DNA from: a virus
Lineage: Duplodnaviria > Caudoviricetes
Direction: 5' to 3' (one strand)
IMG/VR virus record: IMGVR_UViG_3300021399_003927
Span: 65,492 to 129,491 of that record
DNA: 64,000 nt
In this document: positions 45,209 to 56,493 of the stretch, piece by piece
Layout: each line of letters starts with the position of its first letter
Position numbering within the stretch: position 1 is the first letter of the stretch
Notes under the pieces: generated by a model
Told to the model about the DNA's origin: nothing
The model's database searches: none
Seen by the model: only the letters and a program-made list of their open reading frames with translations
Translations under genes and position numbers: made by a program

Positions 45209-45703
45209 ATGAATAGAATTGATAATATAATTAACGAAGAGATTAATAAAGCTATTATTACAGAAGGAGTGCTAGATTATTTACGTAATCTTTTTAGAAA
45301 ATTCACGAATAAGTCTCATAAGAAAGATGATGATGAAAAAGAAATTAAATCTAAAGAGGAAATTCGTAAAGAAAGAAAACGCAAGAAAAAAGCTGAGAAG
45401 GATAAGAAAGGTAGAAAGAAACTCCGTAAGCTCGTAAAAGGTGGTAGTAAATACTATGACTATGATGACTATGAGAGAAAGCATAGAAAACTAAGTAAAG
45501 GTGATACTGATTCAATTACCGATACTGTTGACCAAGATAACACCGACATTGCTGCCGTAGCTAGGAGCGTATTTCCAGACCATACAGAAGAAGGTGCTCA
45601 ATCACAGCTTAGAAAAATTCTTAACCATGAACGTCCTATGACAAAGGACGTTGCATCAAAACTAGAGAAAATGATTTCTAGAGGTAAAATAGCAGTTAAA
45701 TAA
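45209..45703 (+). CDS. Hypothetical basic protein, possible C-terminal HTH
   Basis: Plus-strand ORF ending at a bidirectional terminator. Confidence 0.7.
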   Translation: MNRIDNIINEEINKAIITEGVLDYLRNLFRKFTNKSHKKDDDEKEIKSKEEIRKERKRKKKAEKDKKGRKKLRKLVKGGSKYYDYDDYERKHRKLSKGDTDSITDTVDQDNTDIAAVARSVFPDHTEEGAQSQLRKILNHERPMTKDVASKLEKMISRGKIAVK

Positions 45704-45730
45704 AAGGAATGCATTTTGTACATTCCTTTT
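45702..45730. terminator. Bidirectional terminator
   Basis: AAAAGGAATG ... CATTCCTTTT between convergent genes. Confidence 0.7.
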
Positions 45731-45741
45731 ATTTTTTATGA

Positions 45742-46641
45742 TTAGAGCAAAGTGCTTATTCTACTGCCGTACTCATTTCTAAGTTTTCTAATTGCTTCTT
45801 GTTCAATCTGTCTTACTCTTTCAGATGTCAAACTAAGCTTTTCCGCAATTTCAGTCAATTCGTACTCTCTTTTCAGTCCATCGCCATCGTAAAGACCAAA
45901 CCTCATCATTATAATTTCCTTCTCACGAGGCTTAAGCACCTCTAAAAGGGAAGAAACCAACGTTGAGTTATAATCGTCAGACTCTTTCACCTCATACTCA
46001 TTGACTGATGCACTAGCTTTGTTGTAATCCGTAACGTCACCAAATGCATAGCTCTCATCGTCTTCGTTTTCAACGTCAATGCTAGCAATATGTGTATCCA
46101 ACAAATCATTTTTGTCTTTAATGCCCTTGCCATATGTTTCATTGACAATCTCAAGCAGTTCTTCTTCGCTAGGATTGCGTTCAGTCTCTTGCATGAATTT
46201 GTTCCTAGCCTTTGAAATCACATGGAAAGTCTTGAAATAGTTTGGCTTCTGAACAACTTGTGCAGTACCATACTTATAGGTGTTTATTGCCCTAAGAATA
46301 AACCACATTGCATAACTAGCAAACTTGACTCCTTTCGTCACATCAAACTTCTCCACAGCTTCGATAAGGCCAAAGTTTGCTTCGTTTATGTAATCAGTCA
46401 AAGTTTCTGTAGTAGCATAATTCTTAGCTGCTGCAACTACAAGTCTCTGATTGCACTTAATAATGTAATCACGCGCATGTTCTCTTTCTTTTGGAGTGCC
46501 CTCCTTCATCAAAGTAAACCATTTAACCTCATCCTCACGGTCAAATGTTTCAAAATCTTTGATGTCCTTATAGAATCTAGTTGTATTTTCTGAACGGTCT
46601 ACAAGACCAGTATCTGCTTTAAGATTTATTACGAAACCCAT
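45742..46641 (-). CDS. Sigma-70 family RNA polymerase sigma factor
   Basis: NQRLVV..AK.Y, GLIEAVEKFD...G.KFASYAMW, region 4 LTSERVRQIE..AIRKLR. Confidence 0.92.
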   Translation of the reverse strand: MGFVINLKADTGLVDRSENTTRFYKDIKDFETFDREDEVKWFTLMKEGTPKEREHARDYIIKCNQRLVVAAAKNYATTETLTDYINEANFGLIEAVEKFDVTKGVKFASYAMWFILRAINTYKYGTAQVVQKPNYFKTFHVISKARNKFMQETERNPSEEELLEIVNETYGKGIKDKNDLLDTHIASIDVENEDDESYAFGDVTDYNKASASVNEYEVKESDDYNSTLVSSLLEVLKPREKEIIMMRFGLYDGDGLKREYELTEIAEKLSLTSERVRQIEQEAIRKLRNEYGSRISTLL

Positions 46642-46658
46642 TGTTTTACTGTTTTATG

Positions 46659-47186
46659 TTATTTTTTCTTTTTCAAAATCACAACTGTTTTGTTAGCCTC
46701 ATCTATTGGGGCAGACTCAGGAACCGCAACGTCTTCCAACATCACGATAAACTCAAGAATGGACTTTTTATTCTCATCCCTTCTCATAAGTTCTCTACCT
46801 TTCATGGAAAGCGTGACTCTAACTCTGCAACCTTCTTCAATAAATCTTCTTGCGTTATTTGCTTTTGTCTGCAAGTCATGCGTAGCAATGTTAACGCTAA
46901 GTTGTATTTCTTTAAGAGGTTTCGCATTCTGTTTAGTTTTCTTTGCGATTTTCTTAAGCTCATACAACATTTTTTCATAATTACAAATCCTAATGATGGG
47001 AACATCAGACTTACCTTGTATTTCAACTAAGTCTAATTCCATTTCATCGGCAATTTTACGTGCCTTGGACATAGGAACGATTTCACTCTCAATTCCTTCT
47101 CCAACAATTCTGACGTTACCGTTAAAACGTATTTCATCGTTCACACGGTACTTTGAAGAAAAGTCATTCTTGTTACCTTTCGCCAT
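46659..47186 (-). CDS. infC: Translation initiation factor IF3
   Basis: NDEIR, LDLVEI, YEK.LYE, KEIQL..NI..HDL..K, KGRE. Confidence 0.93.
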   Translation of the reverse strand: MAKGNKNDFSSKYRVNDEIRFNGNVRIVGEGIESEIVPMSKARKIADEMELDLVEIQGKSDVPIIRICNYEKMLYELKKIAKKTKQNAKPLKEIQLSVNIATHDLQTKANNARRFIEEGCRVRVTLSMKGRELMRRDENKKSILEFIVMLEDVAVPESAPIDEANKTVVILKKKK

Positions 47187-47490
47187 TTAATTCGTTTTCT
47201 AATTTTTTTATTTTGTCCTCTAAATCTTTAATCCTATTTTTCCTCTCTTCCAACTCCCTTTCTTGAGATTCTAAGAAGAACTTTTGAAACGCAAGGTCAC
47301 GTTTTAAAGCCTCCAAAGTAGGAGGCTCATTCATGCGTTTTTTAGCCTCTTCTTCTACCTTGGCAGCTCTTTCTAGAAACAAACGTGCTGATTCACCACT
47401 TAACGTAGGTACATCTTTACCCACGTCAGTTGCTAATGCAGTAGGTTCGTCATCGGTTGCAAATTTACGACTTTTTTCCGACATAGCCAA
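47173..47490 (-). CDS. Hypothetical coiled-coil protein
   Basis: 105-aa ORF. Confidence 0.7.
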   Translation of the reverse strand: MAMSEKSRKFATDDEPTALATDVGKDVPTLSGESARLFLERAAKVEEEAKKRMNEPPTLEALKRDLAFQKFFLESQERELEERKNRIKDLEDKIKKLENELNGER

Positions 47491-47547
47491 AATCTTTTAT
47501 GTTAAACTTTGTTAAACGCTTATTATAAATGGAAAAAAAGTCGCATT

Positions 47548-47913
47548 TTATGAGCAAAATTCCCATACCATTTCGTTGTCTTTTGCTTTGTAATGCCCTG
47601 GTTTTATACCCTCAAACACCTTTTGATGCAAAAGTGTCTCAATTAAATACAGATTTTCAGACACATAGTTATATGTATCTAACATATATTGTTCTACATC
47701 ATCAGGATATGCTGCTCCATCTGCATCTTCCTCTGTGTTTTTAATGGCTTTGTCTCTAAGTCCTAGAATCATTGCCACATCATCCAATATGTGAGTCTGC
47801 ATTGTGAGCATCACCTTTTTATTAATGGTGAGCACATCATCGTCTTTGTCTTCAATGTTCAAAAATCTAACCAACTTGAGGTGGTCTTCTGTTAGGTTTA
47901 AATGTAATATCAT
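47548..47913 (-). CDS. Hypothetical protein
   Basis: 121-aa ORF. Confidence 0.75.
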   Translation of the reverse strand: MILHLNLTEDHLKLVRFLNIEDKDDDVLTINKKVMLTMQTHILDDVAMILGLRDKAIKNTEEDADGAAYPDDVEQYMLDTYNYVSENLYLIETLLHQKVFEGIKPGHYKAKDNEMVWEFCS

Positions 47914-47916
47914 ACT

Positions 47917-48534
47917 TTAATATCTTCTATGTCCGTTATTTTTAAATCTTTCTTCTGCTTGTTTCTTACGCTCCGCTACAGCCTTATTATAAGCCTCGTA
48001 GTCGCGTTTTTTAAGCTCTTGCTCATTGGTGTACCATTCTTTCATTTCTTCGGCTCTAGACTTCTGGAAATAGTCAAAAATCGTAACGTCCGTATCTGTC
48101 ATACATTCATTAAAAATTTTGTATATTCTTTCCTTATCGCCATTACCATCAAAACGACTTGAGCCAAGCAAAGGGCAAGCAATTTTCTTACCCTTATACT
48201 TGATGTTAACAAGTTTCAAACAACTCTCAAGTGCTTCATAAGAAAGGTAGTCTTTTTGTAAATCAGGTCTGAAATTATATCCAACTGTAATGAAACATAA
48301 ACAGAACGTAGGTTGTCCGTCTGACTTACATTCCAATATAGTGCCTAATTTTTCACTGTCACCATACTTAGTGCCAAGATTGGATTCATAAGCATAGTGA
48401 TAGTTAAGCATTACTTTAAGTTGAATACCTTGTGACATGGTACAATAAAGGTTAGTACCTATCAATATCGCATCATACTCTGAAAAATGGTCGTATATGT
48501 CAATATCTTTTATAACATTAATCATTAGCTGCAA
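47917..48534 (-). CDS. Macrodomain-like protein
   Basis: DI ... DAILIGTN..TMSQGI, YEALESCL, IACPLLGS. Confidence 0.7.
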   Translation of the reverse strand: MQLMINVIKDIDIYDHFSEYDAILIGTNLYCTMSQGIQLKVMLNYHYAYESNLGTKYGDSEKLGTILECKSDGQPTFCLCFITVGYNFRPDLQKDYLSYEALESCLKLVNIKYKGKKIACPLLGSSRFDGNGDKERIYKIFNECMTDTDVTIFDYFQKSRAEEMKEWYTNEQELKKRDYEAYNKAVAERKKQAEERFKNNGHRRY

Positions 48535-49549
48535 ATCCTACAACTCTTTTATTACATTGACTACCCTCTAGTGCAGGATGAGGCTCATTTGCTGGGGCAT
48601 CAGCCGCATCTTCATCCACTTCTGCACCCTCTGTGACAAAACCTATTTTTTTACTTTCCTTTTCACCTTCTGTTACCTTTACTTTGCCGTCCTTTTTAAT
48701 AAGGTCTTCCAACCTATCAAATATAGCAACCTCAGATATACCGTCAACATAGATGCCTTGAATTACTTCTTTGACGAAATCGAAAGTATAACCCTCAGTC
48801 TTTTCCACATACCTTTGTATATCCCTCTTAACGGTTTCATCTTCAATGTCAATTCCACTGTCAGAAAGTTTCATTTCCATGTATGCTTTCCTTATTTCAG
48901 CCGTAGGCTTCTTATATTCAATGACAAGATTGAATCGGCTAGGTCTGCATGTAAACCTTTTCTCCAATATCTCTGGATAATTGGTCGTTGCTATTGTTAC
49001 AACGTTGTCAAACTGACCATTACCGTCCAACAATTGTAAAAGCATTGCGGCATAATAATCATCCTTTGCCAACCTTTCAAAGTCTTCGATAAGAGTGATA
49101 ATCTTTCTATTAGGTTCAACACTTCTTAATCTGTCCATGCAAGGACTATAAGCGTTAAGTTCATCAATGTTATCTATGCAAATGACTACGCCATCATAAT
49201 CATCAATGAGTGTCTTGCATATGATGTTGATGAGAGAAGTCTTACCATTTCCTGGAAGTGAATACAGTAATATATTCCTCTTATAAACTTGTCCAAACTG
49301 TCTGTATCTTTCTTCTGACTTCCAAAACCTTTTGATGTCATCTAAAATTCCAATCTGAACATCATTCGGTAGGGTGTACAACTTAGGCATAATCACATCT
49401 TTACTAGAAAAGAAATATCTACCATTGTATTTATCCCACACTGGTTTATAGAACCCACTTGGTAACATTTCTTCGGTGATACCAATAGGCTCATACATAT
49501 TACCAACTTTCTCGTAACGAGTAAAATGTTTCTCTTTTTCTTTTGCCAT
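48518..49549 (-). CDS. AAA+ ATPase
   Basis: SLPGNGKT, IEDFE, ATTNYP ... RPSRF. Confidence 0.9.
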   Translation of the reverse strand: MAKEKEKHFTRYEKVGNMYEPIGITEEMLPSGFYKPVWDKYNGRYFFSSKDVIMPKLYTLPNDVQIGILDDIKRFWKSEERYRQFGQVYKRNILLYSLPGNGKTSLINIICKTLIDDYDGVVICIDNIDELNAYSPCMDRLRSVEPNRKIITLIEDFERLAKDDYYAAMLLQLLDGNGQFDNVVTIATTNYPEILEKRFTCRPSRFNLVIEYKKPTAEIRKAYMEMKLSDSGIDIEDETVKRDIQRYVEKTEGYTFDFVKEVIQGIYVDGISEVAIFDRLEDLIKKDGKVKVTEGEKESKKIGFVTEGAEVDEDAADAPANEPHPALEGSQCNKRVVGFAAND

Positions 49550-49559
49550 AACTTATATT

Positions 49560-50642
49560 TTATTTAAAATGTTCTTCTTGTCTAAGTTGTCCTAACAAGG
49601 CTTTTTCGTTGTTATTTAATTGGGTTGGCATATCCACCTCTATAATAACAATCATATCACCATTCCCATTACTTCCGTAGATAGGCATACCGTAACCTTT
49701 GAATCTGAATTTGTGGCCATTGTTAGTTCCTTGTGGAATCTTAACAGTTAACTTCTTTTTATCAATCGTATCTACCACCACTTCACAGCCTAGTATGGCA
49801 TCTACGACCCCTATACAAAGGTTATAGTGTAAGTCATTACCAACCAAATCAAATTTATCATGTTCGATTGCTTCAATAGAAACAATAAGGTCTCCAGGTG
49901 TTCCTTTTCCTTTTGGTGGGAAATTACCTTTCCCTTGTATAATAAGATTCATTCCTGGAATTACACCTTTTCCTACCTTTATTTCAGTCTCATTGCTTGT
50001 TTTTTGGACAATTCCATGCCCCTTACAATGAGGACAAGGATTCTCTATGATGTAGCCTTGACCGCCACAAGTAGGACAAGTTTGTGAGAATGACATAAAC
50101 CCACCACCAAAACTGTTGCCACCTATTACAGTACCACTACCGCCACAAGTTCTACAAGTCTTCCTACGGCTCTCAGCAGTCATGCCACTACCATTACAGT
50201 TGTCACAAGGTTCAAACCTCTTATACTTTACTTTCTTGGTAACACCATCATGCATTTCCTCTAAAGTAAGTTTAAGGTTAATCCTAATGCTACTACCTTT
50301 TATATTCTGCTCCCTTGGTGTACGATTTCCAAAACCAAAGTCACCCATGCCCATATTGGTAAAATGTCTAAGAATTTCATCCATTCCCATACCCCCAAAA
50401 TCAGGACCTCCACTAAAGTTGAAATTACTTTGTGGGTTATCGTACTCCTTTCGTTTTGTTTCGTCACCTAGTACAGAATAAGCTTCTGCGATTTCCTTGA
50501 ATTTCTCTTCTGCTTGCTTACTTCCTTGATTCCTATCTGGATGATACTTAATTGACAGTTTACGGAAAGCCTTTTTAATATCATCTTGAGAAGCTTCCTT
50601 ATTAACTCCTAAGATTTTATAGTAATCTTTTCTTTCTGCCAT
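49560..50642 (-). CDS. dnaJ: Chaperone DnaJ
   Basis: J domain HPD, four CxxCxGxG repeats. Confidence 0.97.
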   Translation of the reverse strand: MAERKDYYKILGVNKEASQDDIKKAFRKLSIKYHPDRNQGSKQAEEKFKEIAEAYSVLGDETKRKEYDNPQSNFNFSGGPDFGGMGMDEILRHFTNMGMGDFGFGNRTPREQNIKGSSIRINLKLTLEEMHDGVTKKVKYKRFEPCDNCNGSGMTAESRRKTCRTCGGSGTVIGGNSFGGGFMSFSQTCPTCGGQGYIIENPCPHCKGHGIVQKTSNETEIKVGKGVIPGMNLIIQGKGNFPPKGKGTPGDLIVSIEAIEHDKFDLVGNDLHYNLCIGVVDAILGCEVVVDTIDKKKLTVKIPQGTNNGHKFRFKGYGMPIYGSNGNGDMIVIIEVDMPTQLNNNEKALLGQLRQEEHFK

Positions 50643-50785
50643 ATTAGTCTTAAATTAAGTTATAATTTATGCAAAGATATAAATAAAAAATTAAATTCCA
50701 AAATAAAACACCAAAAATCTGAGGAACTTATTTATAAAAATCCCTCAGATTTAATGGAAATATTTATAGACCTTGCCAAGTCAAA

Positions 50786-52702
50786 TTACTTAACCTCTTC
50801 AAAATCAGCATCTTGGATGTTTTCACTAGCTGCTTCCTCTGCTGCTGCTTCATCAGTAGTTGCATTGGTCTGAGTTTGCTGAGTTTGCTGAGTCTGTTGC
50901 TGATTTGCATAAACGCGCTGAGAAATGGTGTTCCACTCAGTGTTGAGTGCTGCTTCAATCTCATTAATCTTATCAACGTTCTTTGCGCTTACAGCATCTT
51001 TCAAGTCCTTAATCAAACCCTCTAGCTTTGTTTTCTCGTCAGAAGTGATGTTATCCTTCTGCTCTTCAATCATTTTCTCTTGAGTGAAAGCGATTTGGTC
51101 TCCTTTGTTCACAGCATCAGCGATTTCACGCTCTTTCTTGTCGGCATCAGCATTTGCCTCTGCCTCTGCTTTCATGCGTTCAATCTCTTCCTTGCTGAGT
51201 CCGCTAGATGCTTCAATACGAATGGACTGTTCCTTGCCAGTAGCCTTATCCTTTGCAGACACCTTGAGAATGCCGTTTGCGTCAATATCAAACGTAACCT
51301 CAATCTGAGGAATACCACGCTGTGCTGGCATAATACCTGTCAAGTTGAACCTACCAACTGACTTGTTCTGAGCTGCCATAGGACGTTCACCTTGGAGCAC
51401 ATGGATTGTAACCTCGGTCTGATTGTCTGCTGCCGTGGAGAACACTTCGCTCTTCTTGCATGGAATTGTGGTGTTAGCTTCAATAAGCTTTGTCATAACT
51501 CCACCAAGGGTTTCAATACCCAACGTCAAAGGAGTAACATCAAGCAGCACAATGTCACCAACACCATCCTCCTTGTTAAGGATTGCGCCTTGGATTGATG
51601 CACCGATAGCAACTGCTTCATCAGGGTTAACTGCCTTTGAAGGCTCTTTACCGAAAATCTTCTTCACCAACTCTTGAAGGGCTGGAATTCTTGTTGAACC
51701 ACCCACAAGGATAACCTCATCAATGTCCTTTGGCTCAAGCTTTGCGTCAGCCAACGCCAATTCGCATGGCTTCATATGACGCTTAATAATGCTGTCTGCC
51801 AACTGCTCAAACTTTGCGCGAGTAAGAGTCTTAACCAAATGCTTTGGCTGTCCTTCGACAGGCATGATGTAAGGCAAGTTGATTTCTGTCGCATTTGAAG
51901 ATGACAACTCAATCTTAGCCTTTTCAGCAGCATCCTTCAAACGCTGAATTGCCATTGGGTCAGTTGATAAGTCAGCACCCTCATCGTTCTTAAACTCTTG
52001 CACGAGCCAATCAATAATCACTTGGTCGAAATCGTCACCACCAAGGTGTGTGTCACCGTTGGTTGAAAGCACTTCGAATACGCCTCCACCAAAATTAAGG
52101 ATTGAAATATCGAATGTACCACCACCTGCATCAAATACGGCAATGTTCATATCCTTGTCTGACTTGTCAATACCATACGCAAGTGCAGCAGCAGTAGGCT
52201 CATTCACAATTCTACGGACGTTAAGTCCTGCAATCTGACCAGCCTCCTTGGTTGCTTGACGCTGTGAGTCACTGAAATATGCTGGAACCGTAATAACAGC
52301 GTCCGTAACATCTTGGCCAAGATAGTCCTCTGCCGTCTTCTTCATCTTCTGTAGAATCATTGCAGAAATCTCTTGAGGTGTATATTTACGACCTTCAATG
52401 TCAACACGAGGATAACCACCCTCATTCACAACATTAAATGACACACGCTCTGCTTCACTCTTAGACTGGTCATAGGTTTCACCCATAAAACGCTTAATAG
52501 AGTAAACTGTGTTCTTAGGGTTAGTAATTGCTTGACGCTTTGCAGCATCACCAACCTTACGGTCTCCATTCTCAGCAAAACCGACAATTGACGGAGTAGT
52601 TCTCTTACCTTCACTGTTCACAATAACAGTTGGTTCATTTCCCTCATAGACTGATACACATGAGTTAGATGTACCTAAATCAATACCAATAATTTTTCCC
52701 AT
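50786..52702 (-). CDS. dnaK: Chaperone DnaK
   Basis: [35 protein letters not shown]. Confidence 0.98.
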   Translation of the reverse strand: MGKIIGIDLGTSNSCVSVYEGNEPTVIVNSEGKRTTPSIVGFAENGDRKVGDAAKRQAITNPKNTVYSIKRFMGETYDQSKSEAERVSFNVVNEGGYPRVDIEGRKYTPQEISAMILQKMKKTAEDYLGQDVTDAVITVPAYFSDSQRQATKEAGQIAGLNVRRIVNEPTAAALAYGIDKSDKDMNIAVFDAGGGTFDISILNFGGGVFEVLSTNGDTHLGGDDFDQVIIDWLVQEFKNDEGADLSTDPMAIQRLKDAAEKAKIELSSSNATEINLPYIMPVEGQPKHLVKTLTRAKFEQLADSIIKRHMKPCELALADAKLEPKDIDEVILVGGSTRIPALQELVKKIFGKEPSKAVNPDEAVAIGASIQGAILNKEDGVGDIVLLDVTPLTLGIETLGGVMTKLIEANTTIPCKKSEVFSTAADNQTEVTIHVLQGERPMAAQNKSVGRFNLTGIMPAQRGIPQIEVTFDIDANGILKVSAKDKATGKEQSIRIEASSGLSKEEIERMKAEAEANADADKKEREIADAVNKGDQIAFTQEKMIEEQKDNITSDEKTKLEGLIKDLKDAVSAKNVDKINEIEAALNTEWNTISQRVYANQQQTQQTQQTQTNATTDEAAAEEAASENIQDADFEEVK

Positions 52703-52727
52703 TGTTTAAAACAATATTTATTTTACG

Positions 52728-53027
52728 TTATTTTATTTTTTCCCATCTAGGCTCTAATTTACCTTCACTATTTAAAAATGGTAAACTAGCACGAGTTCCG
52801 AACAAATTTTTAGCCCCATATTCTACCATCATTGATTTATCGTGGCTTTTAACCACAATTGGGTCTTCTTGCGGTATCCTTGAAGTACCAATGTACCAAA
52901 CAAGGCTTAATGTTCCGTCATTCATGACAGTAAGAACATACTTTGAAGCCATTATTGTTCCATTCGTTACGTATAATTCCTTTATATTATCCATAGCAAA
53001 TACCGTGCCAAAATTAGAAATGTGCAA
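52728..53027 (-). CDS. Hypothetical protein
   Basis: 99-aa ORF; start uncertain. Confidence 0.55.
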   Translation of the reverse strand: MHISNFGTVFAMDNIKELYVTNGTIMASKYVLTVMNDGTLSLVWYIGTSRIPQEDPIVVKSHDKSMMVEYGAKNLFGTRASLPFLNSEGKLEPRWEKIK

Positions 53028-53226
53028 TCCTATATTTGGTCACGGACATTAAAAGTAATGTGTATGCGGCAACTCCGCAAAAAACTAAAAACAAATCTTT
53101 CATAAAATTTCAATTTTTGCAAATATACAAAAAAAAAATTGGAATAACAAAATATTATCCCAACTTTTAACATTTTTTAGTACCATTCTATTATATCTTC
53201 AATGAAACGAAGGAAAAAAGTCAACT

Positions 53227-53637
53227 TTAAGGTAAAAATTCATCAATGTTTTCACAAATGTGATTCAACTTCACAATCAACTCAGCCTCTATTGCATCGT
53301 CTGTAAGCATTGTGACATTGTTTGTCTCTAGAACGCCTAGGTTTTCACCTTTGTTGATTCTACTCAACGCAATCTCAACACCCTTTTGTTCATCGAAATC
53401 ATCTGATGGGTGACAAATTGACACACCTAATGTCAACTTTCTCCTCATTTTCTTTGGTTGATATGTCAAAATGCCATCAATAAAAGTGTTAGGTTTTACT
53501 TCGACATCTACAAACTCTTGGACAATCTCTCTGTTCCGAGTCTGCTCAAACTTTCCCACAACCGTTACGTAATGCTTCTCTCCCTTGGAGTCGATTGCCT
53601 TTCCGTAAACATTAAAAATCTTTGTTCTTGTACTCAT
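53227..53637 (-). CDS. Hypothetical protein
   Basis: 136-aa ORF, GVSICHP.D.FD...G..IA motif. Confidence 0.75.
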   Translation of the reverse strand: MSTRTKIFNVYGKAIDSKGEKHYVTVVGKFEQTRNREIVQEFVDVEVKPNTFIDGILTYQPKKMRRKLTLGVSICHPSDDFDEQKGVEIALSRINKGENLGVLETNNVTMLTDDAIEAELIVKLNHICENIDEFLP

Positions 53638-53655
53638 AACTATATAGTTTTTAGT

Positions 53656-53964
53656 TTAATTATTTTTCTCGTATTCTTTGTCTCTTCTTTCAATTTCATC
53701 AAATGGCGATACTCCCATTGGAAGGGTTGTAATTTTTTCAAACCCATTTTCCTCAGTGATAAGTGAATCCTTTTCTGAAACACAACCTTCATAACGCTCT
53801 CCATAAGAGCCAGTCATCTTCTTTGTTGCTGGGTCTAAATCACCCCAATCTGCTGAATGTGTGTTTCCTATCACCTCAACAAAATATTTCTTTCCAGTGA
53901 CCTTTGACTTAACAATAAAACGTCCAGTTTTATCGCTATCTTTTAAAAATCTATTAGAATTCAT
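53656..53964 (-). CDS. Hypothetical protein
   Basis: 102-aa ORF. Confidence 0.75.
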   Translation of the reverse strand: MNSNRFLKDSDKTGRFIVKSKVTGKKYFVEVIGNTHSADWGDLDPATKKMTGSYGERYEGCVSEKDSLITEENGFEKITTLPMGVSPFDEIERRDKEYEKNN

Positions 53965-54154
53965 TTTTATTAATTTTTATTTTCTTCACATAATTTGAAT
54001 CATTTACCAAATTAAGGAATATGTCGTTATATGATGGTGGAATTGGGCCTCCATTTACCCACACTTGCCCCCTGAAGCATATAATTTCAGTTCCAACTGG
54101 CAACACACCATATTTGCATTCATAAGATTTGGTTAATACATACTTTTCGTTCAT
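53954..54154 (-). CDS. Hypothetical protein
   Basis: 66-aa coupled ORF. Confidence 0.65.
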   Translation of the reverse strand: MNEKYVLTKSYECKYGVLPVGTEIICFRGQVWVNGGPIPPSYNDIFLNLVNDSNYVKKIKINKNEF

Positions 54155-54636
54155 AATACTACTTTATTTAGGTTGACGCTGATATGTTCCAATATCGGTG
54201 TCATTATTTTATCCACTTCAACCCAATCAACATATGGCCTAGTACAGTCTTCATACCATTTAACTGGTATGTTCACATTTCTGTCATCAACTGAAAAAAC
54301 AGCAAATGCCTTTGGAACTGTATTACCGTCTTTGTCTTGCTGCGGATTCTTTCTTAAACCATATAGTTTTACCCCATATTTTTCAAGAGTTTCTAATGGT
54401 TCTTTTAAAATTTCATCATGCCTCATGGTATCCAATATAAATCCAACGTTATAATCTTTTATCCAACGCTTCATAATATCAAACGCCTCAGTGTTGATTA
54501 CCATTTCTCCACTTTCCCATGACGAACACTTGGTAAGTGTGTAATCCCAATCCACTACAATAGGAATTATCCACCTTCCGTCTTCACTTCTTTCACTATA
54601 GAAAAGAATTTCATCAATTATTCCATCGTATTTCAT
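54151..54636 (-). CDS. HAD-superfamily hydrolase-like protein
   Basis: DWDYT, ILDTMR, VDDRN. Confidence 0.7.
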   Translation of the reverse strand: MKYDGIIDEILFYSERSEDGRWIIPIVVDWDYTLTKCSSWESGEMVINTEAFDIMKRWIKDYNVGFILDTMRHDEILKEPLETLEKYGVKLYGLRKNPQQDKDGNTVPKAFAVFSVDDRNVNIPVKWYEDCTRPYVDWVEVDKIMTPILEHISVNLNKVVL

Positions 54637-54778
54637 AACCTATTTACATAATTTTCACAACTCTCTCCATGAAGAGACATAAATATAGTTTCCTCTTCTT
54701 CGTTTAACGATTCAGTCAATTCTTTTAAAACCCTACAATTTGGAAATGATAAACAATTAAAACAAGTTCTTTCTTTCA

Positions 54779-55345
54779 TTAATCTATTTCTGTGATTTCA
54801 GACTTTATTAAATCTTCTGGATACTCTGCCTCATCATTCTCATAGTCATACATCCTATGTTTCTTCCAATAAGCGTGTTTAAGCCTCCTAAGAACACCTT
54901 GATTAAGTATTGTTGTGTAGCTGTTCCTATCATCATATTCAACTTCTATACCCTTATCATTGCATAATCTATATATAAATTCAAAAATCGCACGAGAACG
55001 AGACATTCCAGCTCTACAGTGACCTTCAATACATTCTATATCACTATGAATAACTTTTTCAATAAAATCAACAGTTTTCTCAGCTTGTTCCATACTCATT
55101 GTTCTAAATATATGACCATTATAATTAACATCTGTTGAAGTATCGTCAAAATCAAGATTTAATACATTTGGATGGTCTTTAAAGTAATGCTTAGTATCAC
55201 TTTCATCCAAATAGTATTTCAAACATTCTTCAGTACCTATAATTGATATAAATGCCATATTGACGTCTTCAACGTTATTGTCGTTAAGATTCATTTCCTT
55301 CATATCTTCATCAAAAAGATAATGAGATAACACTTTAAGCTTCAT
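54779..55345 (-). CDS. Protein-tyrosine/dual-specificity phosphatase-like protein
   Basis: HCRAGMSRS (CX5R). Confidence 0.85.
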   Translation of the reverse strand: MKLKVLSHYLFDEDMKEMNLNDNNVEDVNMAFISIIGTEECLKYYLDESDTKHYFKDHPNVLNLDFDDTSTDVNYNGHIFRTMSMEQAEKTVDFIEKVIHSDIECIEGHCRAGMSRSRAIFEFIYRLCNDKGIEVEYDDRNSYTTILNQGVLRRLKHAYWKKHRMYDYENDEAEYPEDLIKSEITEID

Positions 55346-55954
55346 TTAAAATAATTTTATAAATTCATCTTTATTATATACATTCCCATATTTGTATATT
55401 ACATTGTCTGTTATATATTTTTTATCATCAACAACATAAATCACTTTGACACCATTTTCTGTACACTTATTAAATTTTTTTATATCATTACTAATATTTT
55501 TTTCCAAATTTTCATTTTTATCGTTTTTACCGCCAAAACTTTCTGGTTTAAAGTGCTGTATTCCTTGGCATTCAATACAAAGTTTCATTTCTGGGATATA
55601 AATATCTAATCTTTGTCTTCCTAACCAAGACAAGTTTTTTTTACTACATTCATGAATAAACTTTATTTTCCGTTCATTAAGTGTATTAACAACAAATTGT
55701 TCTAATTTAGACATATTGCACTTAGGGCAACCACATTTAAACCCCAATATATGATGACGTGGCATTTGCCAGAATTCACCATGTTTAGGGCATATTATAC
55801 AAACGTGATTCTCTAAACCATCATATTCCACTTTTGAATAGTCATATTTATCTCCATGAATTTCTTTAGCTTTTTTTATAAATTCTTCTGTGGTCATTTT
55901 TACATTATGCTTACAATATTTACACCCCTTTCCTTCTAAATGACCATTTGGCAT
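55346..55954 (-). CDS. Putative homing endonuclease (CPKHG Zn repeats + Vsr/DUF559-like nuclease)
   Basis: HGDKYDYSKV..IICPKHG; RLDIYIP...IECQGIQH. Confidence 0.75.
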   Translation of the reverse strand: MPNGHLEGKGCKYCKHNVKMTTEEFIKKAKEIHGDKYDYSKVEYDGLENHVCIICPKHGEFWQMPRHHILGFKCGCPKCNMSKLEQFVVNTLNERKIKFIHECSKKNLSWLGRQRLDIYIPEMKLCIECQGIQHFKPESFGGKNDKNENLEKNISNDIKKFNKCTENGVKVIYVVDDKKYITDNVIYKYGNVYNKDEFIKLF

Positions 55955-55970
55955 TTGCCATACTTTTTAA

Positions 55971-56366
55971 TTAAAGTTCATTTATTGCTGACGTATAAGT
56001 ATAAGTAGGGATATATTGAACAGCGTAGTTGGCAGTATTGGCAGCAGTGGTTATTGTGTAAGCACCATTGTCATCTTGCCTTAACGAAACTCCATAAACA
56101 TTGCTATAATCGTTATAATAGAATTTTTTCTTTTCATAATTCAACTGTTGTTTTATCCCAAATGTCGTTTGCCTATACTTCAAGTTAGAGTTTTTCAAAA
56201 AGTAAAACGCCAAATGCAGATAATCGTCTTCATTGTCAGTACACAATTTGAACGTGTTAATAGCAATACTAACGCTAAACTCGCCTAAGACTTTTTTTAA
56301 GTTCTCTAACCTTTTGACAATTTCATCATGTCCGTACCTTTTAATCATAGTAGCTCCTCCCCCCAA
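55971..56366 (-). CDS. Hypothetical protein
   Basis: 131-aa ORF; start uncertain. Confidence 0.6.
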   Translation of the reverse strand: MGGGATMIKRYGHDEIVKRLENLKKVLGEFSVSIAINTFKLCTDNEDDYLHLAFYFLKNSNLKYRQTTFGIKQQLNYEKKKFYYNDYSNVYGVSLRQDDNGAYTITTAANTANYAVQYIPTYTYTSAINEL

Positions 56367-56493
56367 TTTTCAAAATCCTTAGACATACTATCTGTCTGCT
56401 TATTTAAATGCTTGTGCAAGTTTTCCGTTGTCAAAGACAATACAACACTCAATCCTACTATGCTTCCTAATATAAATATTTTTGCTTTTGTTT

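Noticed and set aside
46659-47186. ATG start of infC as escape from IF3 autoregulation
   Set aside because: I cannot confirm that the host lineage uses a non-ATG infC start, so the contrast is unsupported.
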